Part shown: positions 15,926 to 24,504 of the stretch, one piece after another
Layout of the letters: each line of letters begins with the position of its first letter
Position numbering within the stretch: the stretch's first letter is position 1
Virus record (IMG/VR): IMGVR_UViG_2861069343_000004
From: a virus
Taxonomy: Duplodnaviria > Heunggongvirae > Uroviricota > Caudoviricetes
Direction: 5' to 3' (one strand)
DNA length: 24,504 nt
The notes under the pieces: generated by a model
Told to the model about the DNA's origin: nothing
What the model saw: the letters and a program-made list of their open reading frames with translations, nothing else
Databases searched by the model: none
Translations under genes and position numbers: made by a program

Positions 15926-16420
15926 ATGGGTAATACATTTCTTTACCGGATGCCTGCGGGCATCGCCGGGGCAATTTCTCGTCCGCAGGATCTGACGGTT
16001 GAACCTCAACTGCTGGACTCCTCCAACCTTTTTCCCGCTTACGGCCTTGGCGGCAAGATTTCCTCCGGGAAATTTGTGCCAATCGCTGCGAGCGATACAG
16101 CGTCGGTGCTGGTGGGCATTTACGTTCGTCCGTATCCGACCGCCAGCCAGCCGGATAAAGTCCAGCAGGTAGGCAGCGGTAAAAACTTCACCGGCGATTG
16201 CCTGGTCCGTGGTTACGTCACGGTAAACATCGGCGCGGATGCATCCAGCGTTGCGCTGCATGGCCCGGTCTACATGCGAGTGGCCACACCATCCGCCTCA
16301 AGCCCTCTCGGCGCGTTCCTTGCCGCCGCTGATGGCTCGAATACCGTCCAGATCACTAACGCTTACTTCAATGGCCCTGGCGACACCAGCGGCAACATTG
16401 AGCTGGCCTTCAATATTTAA
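15926..16420 (+). CDS. Hypothetical head protein (164 aa)
   Basis: ORF tightly packed between the scaffold-like gene and the capsid gene. Gly/Ala/Ser-rich. Confidence 0.6.
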   Translation: MGNTFLYRMPAGIAGAISRPQDLTVEPQLLDSSNLFPAYGLGGKISSGKFVPIAASDTASVLVGIYVRPYPTASQPDKVQQVGSGKNFTGDCLVRGYVTVNIGADASSVALHGPVYMRVATPSASSPLGAFLAAADGSNTVQITNAYFNGPGDTSGNIELAFNI

Positions 16421-16431
16421 GGAAATCGCAA

Positions 16432-17373
16432 ATGCCAATGACATTTGACCAGGCGACAGTCGACGGCACTGGTGCCTTTCTTGTCCATGAGCTGGAGCGT
16501 CTCGATCAGACACTGAATCTGCCGCTGGTGAATTTCACCTGGTCGCGCGATATCCAGTTGCGTGAAGACGTGTCTATTGCTGACGAGATCAGCTCTTTCA
16601 CTAACACCACCTTTGCCGCTGCCGGTACACCGAACGCCAACGGTAAAAACTGGCTGAGCAAAATCCCTACCGCGCTGGCTGGCGTTAACGTCGACATCGC
16701 AAAAACTGGCTTCCCGCTTACCCTTTGGGGTATGGAGCTGGGATGGACCGTTCCCGAATTGCAGGCAGCTGCGCAGGTTGGTCGCCCGATCGACACACAG
16801 AAGTACGACGGCATGCAGCTGAAGTGGAACATGGACACAGACGAGCAGGTTTATATCGGCGATTCCGGTCTGGACGTTAAAGGCCTGCTGAACCTGACGC
16901 AGGTAACGCCGACCAACGCCGCGAAGACCTGGGCGACCTCCACCGCTGACGAAATCCGGGCGAGCATTAATGCCGGGTTGAGTGCTGCGTGGGCCAACTC
17001 GGCTTACTCCATGGTACCGACGGACCTGCTGATCCCGCCGGAGCAGTTCTCTCTGCTGGCAAGCACCATCGTATCCAGCGCTGGTAACCAGTCCCTGCTG
17101 ACCTATCTGGAAACCAACACCATCGCATACCACCAGAACGGGCGTCCTCTGAACATCCGTCCGGTGAAATGGGCGAAAGGTCGTGGCGTGTCGAACTCTG
17201 ATCGCATGATGTTCTACACCAACGACAAGAAATACGTTCGCTTCCCGATGGTTCCGCTGATGAGCGTGCCGATCCAGTATCGCGGCCTGTATCAGCTCGT
17301 AACCTATTACGGCAAGCTCGGTGCAGTAGAGCCGGTTTATCCGGAAACTCTGGCCTACGTCGACGGCATCTAA
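16432..17373 (+). CDS. Major capsid protein (313 aa)
   Basis: AAGGA ribosome-binding site, a position after the scaffold-like gene, a size typical of capsid proteins, and a stable GNRA hairpin directly downstream. Assigned by position and recollection. Confidence 0.7.
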   Translation: MPMTFDQATVDGTGAFLVHELERLDQTLNLPLVNFTWSRDIQLREDVSIADEISSFTNTTFAAAGTPNANGKNWLSKIPTALAGVNVDIAKTGFPLTLWGMELGWTVPELQAAAQVGRPIDTQKYDGMQLKWNMDTDEQVYIGDSGLDVKGLLNLTQVTPTNAAKTWATSTADEIRASINAGLSAAWANSAYSMVPTDLLIPPEQFSLLASTIVSSAGNQSLLTYLETNTIAYHQNGRPLNIRPVKWAKGRGVSNSDRMMFYTNDKKYVRFPMVPLMSVPIQYRGLYQLVTYYGKLGAVEPVYPETLAYVDGI

Positions 17374-17379
17374 CCTGCG

Positions 17380-17397
17380 GCGGCCCGAAAGGGCCGC
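17380..17397 (+). promoter_or_regulatory. Stable stem-loop with a GAAA tetraloop (GCGGCCC-GAAA-GGGCCGC) after the capsid gene, with no T-run
   Basis: Perfect 7-bp GC-rich inverted repeat read from the sequence. Probably an mRNA stabiliser or processing site rather than a terminator. Confidence 0.5.
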
Positions 17398-17403
17398 TCA
17401 TGA

Positions 17404-18584
<1,181 letters not shown>

Positions 18585-18585
<1 letters not shown>

Positions 18586-18971
18586 TGCCGTTTCTCGATG
18601 TGACTGATGTTCTGCTTGATCCGGACTTTGTCGACCTGTCCCTGGTGTGTTATCGACAGGTGCAGACGGTGGACGAAGATAATTTTCCGACCAATACCGC
18701 GCAGGCTATTCCGTTCTCTGGTGTCGTAACCGTCGATCGCTCGCTTGAGGCTAAGCGTATGGCCGCCGGACAGAACATCAACGGGGCCATTCTCATCGTG
18801 ACGCAGTTCAGGCTTACTCAGGGGCAACCCGGATTAGATGCCGATATCGTAACCTACCGCGGGCGAGATTATCGTGTGACGTTTGTCGACCCGTATACAG
18901 CGTACGGTGCCGGGTTCGTTCAGGCGCATTGCGAGCTGCTGGAATTTGACGGGGGAACGCCGATTGAGTAA
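18585..18971 (+). CDS. Hypothetical virion protein (128 aa)
   Basis: ORF with a TAATG overlap to the upstream gene. Confidence 0.55.
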
Positions 18972-19506
18972 CGACAGCACAACGGCGGGATATCTGACCC
19001 CCGTCGGTGATTCACCGCCCTACGATGAGGATCTGGAACGGCTAATCAGCCGCTGGATACGGGGTGTGACAGGGCTGGCTGCCACGCTGGTTTACCCACG
19101 CTGGACTGACCCGCAAAAGCAGATACCCAAAAACGGCACCACCTGGTGCGCGTTCGGTATCACCGGCATTCAGGAGGACTTCAACCCGGCGTACGTGCAG
19201 GGCGAAGAGAACACCGAACAGTGGTCGCATGAGACCGTGAGCCTGATCTTGTGCTTCTATGGCCCGCAGGGGCTGGCAATGGCCACGCGCTTTCGTGACG
19301 GTCTGCTGGTCTCGCAGAACAATGACGAGCTCAACCGCTCAGGCCTGACATTTCTGCAGCATGGGCGGATCCTCAATCTGCCCGAACTCATCAATAACCA
19401 GTGGGTGCGCCGGTACGATATCAGCGTTGACCTGCGCCGCAAAATCATCCGCCAGTACGGCATTCAATCGCTGGTCGACGCGCCAGTGCAATTTTTTGGA
19501 GATTAA
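18964..19506 (+). CDS. Hypothetical virion protein (about 180 aa from the TTG at 18964; the track shows a 207-aa ORF from 18883)
   Basis: The ORF extends upstream into the previous gene. The TTG at 18964 is preceded by GGGGGA at about 10 nt, and there is no in-frame ATG near the 5' end. Confidence 0.45.
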   Translation: MSNDSTTAGYLTPVGDSPPYDEDLERLISRWIRGVTGLAATLVYPRWTDPQKQIPKNGTTWCAFGITGIQEDFNPAYVQGEENTEQWSHETVSLILCFYGPQGLAMATRFRDGLLVSQNNDELNRSGLTFLQHGRILNLPELINNQWVRRYDISVDLRRKIIRQYGIQSLVDAPVQFFGD

Positions 19507-19509
19507 AAC

Positions 19510-20400
19510 ATGGCACAGGGCTTACCTGTTTCCAATGTCGTTAACGTTGACGTCATCATGTCACCGGTAGCGGCAACGGGGCGAAACTTCGGTGCGCTCC
19601 TCATTCTGGGAACCTCTACCGTTATTCCGGTTACCGAGCGCATTCGCCAGTATTCGGCCATTGAAGATAAACCAAAGTTCTTTGCACACGTTGACCTGTC
19701 CACCAGGCCACTGAGTGATGTTTCCGATGCAATGTCACGGCTAATACCCGATTTTGATATTGATACAGCCGTAGGCGTGCAACTCGACGTTGTGGGCGAA
19801 TGGGTTGGTCGTTCCCGTCGCGTGGCTACACCGGTAACCGGGATTTATTTTTCGTGGGACACCGAGCGGGTTGGCTGGGATCAGGGGGTTTGGCAGGGAC
19901 CATATGACCCAAACGACGGTTTTATCGATCTAAGCGATGAAATATATCGGCTAATGCTGAAGGTGAAAGTGGCGATAAACAACTGGGATGGTCAGAACGA
20001 TTCGCTGCCTTCAATTCTTGATGCCGCCCTTGCCGGGTCTGGAATCCGCATGGCTATTGTCGACAACCAGGATATGTCGATTTCTATCTGGATACTCGGT
20101 GACCCATCGGTAGCTCTAAGTGAAATAGACCGGTTAATTCTGGATAGCGCCGTCAATAAAGGCCCCTTTATCGCATTACCGGCAGGTTACGTACCATCGC
20201 GCTATGACATTAACCCGATTGACCAGGTTAACAGCGAGCTATGGTGGGCGATTCAGAACGGTTATATGACGGTTAAAGCCGCAGGGGTTCGTGTCCGTGA
20301 AATAGAGACCGTCAGTGATGGTTATCAGTTTTTTGGCTTCGATATCGAAAATGACTATATCGCTGGCTTCGACCGCGGGTCATGGGGAGAGAGATTTTAA
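19510..20400 (+). CDS. Hypothetical virion / tail-associated protein (296 aa)
   Basis: ORF immediately upstream of, and coupled (TAATG) to, the tail-fibre gene. No family recognised. Confidence 0.55.
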   Translation: MAQGLPVSNVVNVDVIMSPVAATGRNFGALLILGTSTVIPVTERIRQYSAIEDKPKFFAHVDLSTRPLSDVSDAMSRLIPDFDIDTAVGVQLDVVGEWVGRSRRVATPVTGIYFSWDTERVGWDQGVWQGPYDPNDGFIDLSDEIYRLMLKVKVAINNWDGQNDSLPSILDAALAGSGIRMAIVDNQDMSISIWILGDPSVALSEIDRLILDSAVNKGPFIALPAGYVPSRYDINPIDQVNSELWWAIQNGYMTVKAAGVRVREIETVSDGYQFFGFDIENDYIAGFDRGSWGERF

Positions 20401-21281
20401 TGGCGACTAACGATTTTAAACCCTTCGCTACTGGTAGCGGGGCAAACGTATTATCACAAGCTGATTATGACGCACTGTCGGCCAGAACAACTGGCTTTTT
20501 AAGTGGCAAAGCGTCTTCGGCCCAGGTCAACAAAGCTTTAAGGCAGGCATCAACTATTGCGGCGGTTGTGGCGCAGTTTATTTCTGATAACAGCGGCGAT
20601 GACACCCTTGATAACGGTAATTTACCTACCTTACTGGCTAGTCTCGAAAGCGCCCTCCTCAAGTCCTCCCCTGGGCGGTTACAGAATATCGTTAGCTTTA
20701 CCGCAAATGGGACCTACACCCCATCGCCAGGAACCAAACATGTAAAAGTTATTGTTACTGGCGGTGGTGGCGGTGGTGGTGGTTGTCAGGGAACTTCAGG
20801 ATCTGAATCAGTTTCAGGTGGCGGCGGCGGTGCTGGTGGTACGGCCATTGGTTATTTTGCTGTAACTGAATCCAGCTATGCAGTCACTGTAGGTGCTGGT
20901 GGTTCTGCTGGCGTTGGTGCTGTCCAGGGTGGAACAGGCGGAACCTCAATCATTAACGGCATTAGCGGATTGGGCGGAGATGGTGGTCAGAAATCAGGGA
21001 TCACTACGCTGGCTGGTGGGAAAGGCGGTATTTCTATTGGTGGCTCGGTTAACCTTCCCGGAGGTTACGGCACTGATGGGCAAAATGGCTCCCTGATTAT
21101 CCCCGGCAATGGCGGCTCGTCATATTGGGGCGGCGGTGGTCGTGGGGGCGCACGCGGGGGCGTGGCAGGGGATTGTTATGGTGCCGGTGGTGGTGGCGCA
21201 TATGATGCTGCCATGTCTGGCAACTCCTACAATGGCGGACAGGGGAAAGCAGGGATTGTATATATTGAGGAATATTCTTAA
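20400..21281 (+). CDS. Tail fibre protein with a glycine-rich low-complexity C-terminal region (293 aa)
   Basis: N-terminus [25 protein letters not shown] resembles conserved tail-fibre N-termini as I remember them. Long Gly runs (GGGGGGGGCQG ... GGGGAGG ...) are typical of fibre shafts. Confidence 0.65.
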   Translation: MATNDFKPFATGSGANVLSQADYDALSARTTGFLSGKASSAQVNKALRQASTIAAVVAQFISDNSGDDTLDNGNLPTLLASLESALLKSSPGRLQNIVSFTANGTYTPSPGTKHVKVIVTGGGGGGGGCQGTSGSESVSGGGGGAGGTAIGYFAVTESSYAVTVGAGGSAGVGAVQGGTGGTSIINGISGLGGDGGQKSGITTLAGGKGGISIGGSVNLPGGYGTDGQNGSLIIPGNGGSSYWGGGGRGGARGGVAGDCYGAGGGGAYDAAMSGNSYNGGQGKAGIVYIEEYS

Positions 21282-21451
21282 TGGTAAGCAAGTATGCAGT
21301 CCTGAAAGAATGCGTGGTAGAAAACATTATTGTTGCTGATGATAATTACTCTCCTGATGATTTCGAAGTCGTAAAATATAGCGACGAAACATTTTGCCAG
21401 CCAGGCATGTTGTACAATAAAGAGGATGGTTTATTTTATGATGATAAATAA
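21281..21451 (+). CDS. Hypothetical small protein (56 aa, MVSKYAVLKECVVENIIVADDNYSPDDFEVVKYSDETFCQPGMLYNKEDGLFYDDK)
   Basis: Hand-translated, AT-rich, TAATG-coupled to the tail-fibre gene. Resembles small proteins often found beside fibre genes (recollection only). Confidence 0.4.
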   Translation: MVSKYAVLKECVVENIIVADDNYSPDDFEVVKYSDETFCQPGMLYNKEDGLFYDDK

Positions 21452-21498
21452 TCATCAAGAATAAATAACATTATCTACATATCTACACATTACCAATC

Positions 21499-21521
21499 AA
21501 CCGGCTTATGCCGGTTTTTTA
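21499..21521 (+). terminator. Intrinsic terminator (stem AACCGGC/GCCGGTT, loop TTAT, TTTTTTA), 11 nt upstream of the tailspike ATG
   Basis: Perfect inverted repeat plus a T-run, read from the sequence. Confidence 0.6.
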
Positions 21522-21532
21522 TTGGGGCGACC

Positions 21533-23617
21533 ATGAGTGAATACGATACCGGCAATCCTGTGCCGTCTGCATCAATACCTGATGCATGGGATAATATGCA
21601 GACTATTGACAGGTTCGCTAATAGTAGTGATGAAACTATTACCACGCGTACAGGTAAGCAGTTAGACACTCTGCATGGCATCAATGTAAAGTCTGATAAC
21701 CAACTTAATGAACAACAAGATACCTTTGAATTATCTCAATCCGAAAGGGAATCCTCTTTCGAAGAAAAATCAAATGAATTTGAATCGCGCTTCTCCTCTC
21801 AGTTATCGGCGCAGGAATCAACATTTTCAGAATCTCAATCTGATAAAGAAAACCGCTTTCAGCAGTTCCTGAATACTTCAGGATACGTGTTCCTTGGCGA
21901 TTATCAGGACGGCCCATTCCAGTTTAGTGCCCGTAACCAGTACATCCGTTACGACAATGAGTATTACCGCCTGAATGCTGCTACTGACGTCGGCTTTACG
22001 ACCACCGGAACCGATGCGACCAGCTTTGCGAACGACGTTACTCACTTCGTTCTGATGGATGGTGATACGCTTCGCCAAGACCTGGGTTCAGGCGAAGGAG
22101 CAATGAAGGTTTACCGGAACGCCTCACCTCTGGCCAGAATCATTCGCTCCTCGATTTTTGAATACCTTACTGAAGCTGATCAGCAGGCGTTGCTCACAAT
22201 TCCTGGCGTTAATGTTATCGCTGACTACGCGTTAAAAAAAGCTATAGCTGATGGAGTGATGGTACTGGATATTCCGTGGAATGTCGGTGCGTTAAATTTC
22301 GGGCTTGACCCCGCAATGCTTCCATTAGGTTTTCAATTTATAGGGTGGGGTTGCCGACGCCCATATACAATTGATGACGATAACAGTTTTCTGAATTGCG
22401 GAGTCGTCATCCGCGTAGCAGCTGGTGCAAGTTTTCCATTTTATTCAACAGGCAGGCATGTATTCCGGGATATTGTTTTTGATGGCCGAGATAAAACAAC
22501 GTACCTTTTTTATTCGCCAAATACTGCAACCCAGTTCAACGGCACCCGACTTGAGGGGTGCGGATTTTATCGGTTTGCGATCGGGATTGGCTGGGCTTCA
22601 GGAGGAACAGCCAGGTACATCGGAACAATGAAAGCATATTTCTGCTCAATATCCGGAAACGGGGATGGAGTCAGGAATTTAATAGACTCCATGATGTTTG
22701 GTTGCACAATCAATGCTAATGATCGAGGAGTGGCCCTTACCGGTGGGGCAAACAATAACTTTTTTGGAGGATGCCGGAACGAATGGAACACCGGCGATAA
22801 CTGGTATGCGTACCAGTCGGTGGAGAACCAGATTTTCGGCGAACTGTGCGACAGGGCCGGAAGGGGAGGTGTGGTCGCCGGGGCGAAATCCTCATGGATT
22901 TTAAACGGCGTTAACGTCCGGCGCAGTGGTGCTAATCAACCCGTGGGTAATGACTATTCCGCAAACTTTATTATTATTGATGACGGTAAAATTGAACTCT
23001 CAGGGGTAAGAACTGGTGTCGGTGCGAATGACAGCGGTGACGGAGGGACAATCTCGCCATCCTACAACGTATCGGCTCTTGGCTCTGGCGGGGGGACCTT
23101 GCAGGTTTCCGGAAGTGACATGACTGGTTTTGTTACTTCAGCAATTAACCAGAAGGCGACCACGTTAAATAAGTCGATAACCGGCAACCTTGGTATGGAC
23201 GACGATGTAAATATTGGTATGACCCAGGTTGTTAAAGGCAGGCGAATTATTGGTTCACAGTCATCAGGTACGTTAGCAGGCTCTGCGGGCGCAACGTTAT
23301 CGCTGACCAAGACCAACATATTCCAGAATTCTTTCGATACATATATTACCCGTTCAATCCTAATTGAATGTCGAATTGGTAGCCAGTCATTTGGTGACGA
23401 TATTAAAATTCCCGTCAGATTCAGAAGGGAGAATCTTTATTATCTGGATATCCTGACCTCGGGAATTGTTGCCAGCTCTGCACGCATTGGGCTTTCAGGG
23501 ACTGGCGTAACGGTATCATTGTCCATTAACAGCTCAACCGGTCTGGTTACTGTTCAGTTGACAAATGTTGATGGTCTGGAAAGAACCGTTAATGTATCAA
23601 TGTTGCCCTCAATGTAG
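21533..23617 (+). CDS. Tailspike-like receptor-binding protein / putative polysaccharide depolymerase (694 aa)
   Basis: Large, lower-GC ORF after the tail fibre. The acidic Ser/Glu-rich N-terminal region is followed by repetitive Gly/Asn-rich segments (FGCTINANDRGVALTGGANNNFFGG, NFIIIDDGKIELSGVRTG) compatible with a beta-helix. The fold is inferred, not demonstrated. Confidence 0.6.
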   Translation: MSEYDTGNPVPSASIPDAWDNMQTIDRFANSSDETITTRTGKQLDTLHGINVKSDNQLNEQQDTFELSQSERESSFEEKSNEFESRFSSQLSAQESTFSESQSDKENRFQQFLNTSGYVFLGDYQDGPFQFSARNQYIRYDNEYYRLNAATDVGFTTTGTDATSFANDVTHFVLMDGDTLRQDLGSGEGAMKVYRNASPLARIIRSSIFEYLTEADQQALLTIPGVNVIADYALKKAIADGVMVLDIPWNVGALNFGLDPAMLPLGFQFIGWGCRRPYTIDDDNSFLNCGVVIRVAAGASFPFYSTGRHVFRDIVFDGRDKTTYLFYSPNTATQFNGTRLEGCGFYRFAIGIGWASGGTARYIGTMKAYFCSISGNGDGVRNLIDSMMFGCTINANDRGVALTGGANNNFFGGCRNEWNTGDNWYAYQSVENQIFGELCDRAGRGGVVAGAKSSWILNGVNVRRSGANQPVGNDYSANFIIIDDGKIELSGVRTGVGANDSGDGGTISPSYNVSALGSGGGTLQVSGSDMTGFVTSAINQKATTLNKSITGNLGMDDDVNIGMTQVVKGRRIIGSQSSGTLAGSAGATLSLTKTNIFQNSFDTYITRSILIECRIGSQSFGDDIKIPVRFRRENLYYLDILTSGIVASSARIGLSGTGVTVSLSINSSTGLVTVQLTNVDGLERTVNVSMLPSM

Positions 23618-23625
23618 GAGTGAAA

Positions 23626-23805
23626 ATGGAAGACGAAACAGAACTGACCGAACCGCCATTTGAAACCTGGTTCAGAGACGTGGTTGAACTGGTTAAAAAT
23701 GGCGGACATTCAATGGATATTGTTGCCTATAAGGGGGAATGGGTTGATTATTTTTCGGAAGGATTAACACCAGAAGATGCGTTTATAAAAAGAATGGCTC
23801 TTTAA
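23626..23805 (+). CDS. Hypothetical small acidic protein (59 aa; the track shows a GTG start at 23620)
   Basis: ATG preceded by AGGAG at 5 nt. Located directly after the tailspike stop. Confidence 0.45.
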   Translation: MEDETELTEPPFETWFRDVVELVKNGGHSMDIVAYKGEWVDYFSEGLTPEDAFIKRMAL

Positions 23806-23918
23806 ATAACCGACCGAAAATAAATGTCAGGGAGTAACGTATTGATAATTTTCGACAAAACGGCAGAGCATAGTGAAAACCGCCTGTGGATGATGGCCAA
23901 CATGGGGAGGATTCTGTA

Positions 23919-24236
23919 ATGGGCTTTCCATCACCCGCGACGGATTACACGGAACAGCGATTAACGGTTAACTCGATCTGCAATGTCGGTCCAAATACGC
24001 GCCTCTTCGAGCAATCTGGCGGTTACGTTGTGCTGGATGTCTCCCTGAAACCAAAGCAGGCCAGTCAGGTTCTGATCCAGCACGGCGGCGGGACGGAGCT
24101 TGCCACGCTGAGAGGAAGGTCGCTGATTACCGAAGATGGTGAAGCGATCGAGGGCGAGGCCCTGGACGATGTTACTGTCATCGGTGTAGTGACGTTTACT
24201 ATCTGCGATGTGCGCCAGGACAATGCGGTTGTTTAG
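23919..24236 (+). CDS. UmuD'-like protein (HumD-like): lacks the N-terminal arm and the catalytic Ser (106 aa)
   Basis: Begins MGFPSPATDYTEQRLTVN (E. coli UmuD has CGFPSPAADYVEQRIDLN) and has a C-terminal beta-strand region resembling UmuD. The position aligning with the UmuD GDSM nucleophile motif reads SGGYV. GGAGG ribosome-binding site 9 nt upstream. Confidence 0.7.
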   Translation: MGFPSPATDYTEQRLTVNSICNVGPNTRLFEQSGGYVVLDVSLKPKQASQVLIQHGGGTELATLRGRSLITEDGEAIEGEALDDVTVIGVVTFTICDVRQDNAVV

Positions 24237-24504
24237 TTGCAGTCAATTGATGGAAGATTTCGCGTGGCAGGCGTCTTGGGGCATGGGTGGGGCATGAGAA
24301 ATCAGTGAATTTCGCCAAACATTGCAAACAACGTATGTTGGATGCTATCTCCAGCCATTAAAAATGGCGCTCCTGGACGATATTTGTCGATTTTTAAATT
24401 TACCGCGTCACGCAGTTAAAGTGGCGGGTATACTCTTCAAGGCTGGTGATCCCCAACCGCACCCATTTAGGATGCGACCATTGCGGTAGACCGATGTAAA
24501 TCAT

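Noticed and set aside
15170-16261. 363-aa ORF on the minus strand
   Set aside because: Antisense to the scaffold-like and following head genes in a GC-rich stretch. It has no ribosome-binding site or operon context, and its translation is Arg/Gly/Ala-rich low-complexity, typical of antisense frames.
16417-17133. 238-aa ORF on the minus strand
   Set aside because: Entirely antisense to the major capsid gene, with no supporting signals. A spurious open frame.
23806-23918. Possible LexA (SOS) box upstream of the UmuD'-like gene
   Set aside because: No CTGT-N8-ACAG-type palindrome was found on inspection, so SOS control cannot be claimed from the sequence.

Overview
The window is an integrated temperate-phage-like element, read from its integrase end. 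On the minus strand sit a tyrosine integrase (1-1260), an excisionase-like gene and a TraR/DksA zinc-finger gene. From about 2278 everything is on the plus strand: small early genes, a nin-like block (DUF1367-like, YbcO-like, RusA, putative Q antiterminator), a late promoter/terminator region carrying a tRNA-Asn(GTT)-like gene, a lysis cassette, small and large terminase, portal, Mu-F-like head morphogenesis protein, scaffold-like protein, major capsid protein, head-completion proteins, a glycine-rich tail fibre, a tailspike-like receptor-binding protein and a truncated UmuD'-like protein. Three visibly AT-rich insertions look like morons: a cassette with two translationally coupled genes after the spanins, a single gene with its own terminator inside the head module, and the receptor-binding region. 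The most notable point is what is missing: no CDS large enough for a tape measure, sheath or ejection protein, and no recognisable repressor or replication gene, so this may be a compact or satellite-like element rather than a conventional lambdoid prophage. All calls rest on reading the ORF translations and sequence by eye; no searches were run, so family names are recollection-based and the GC statements are qualitative.
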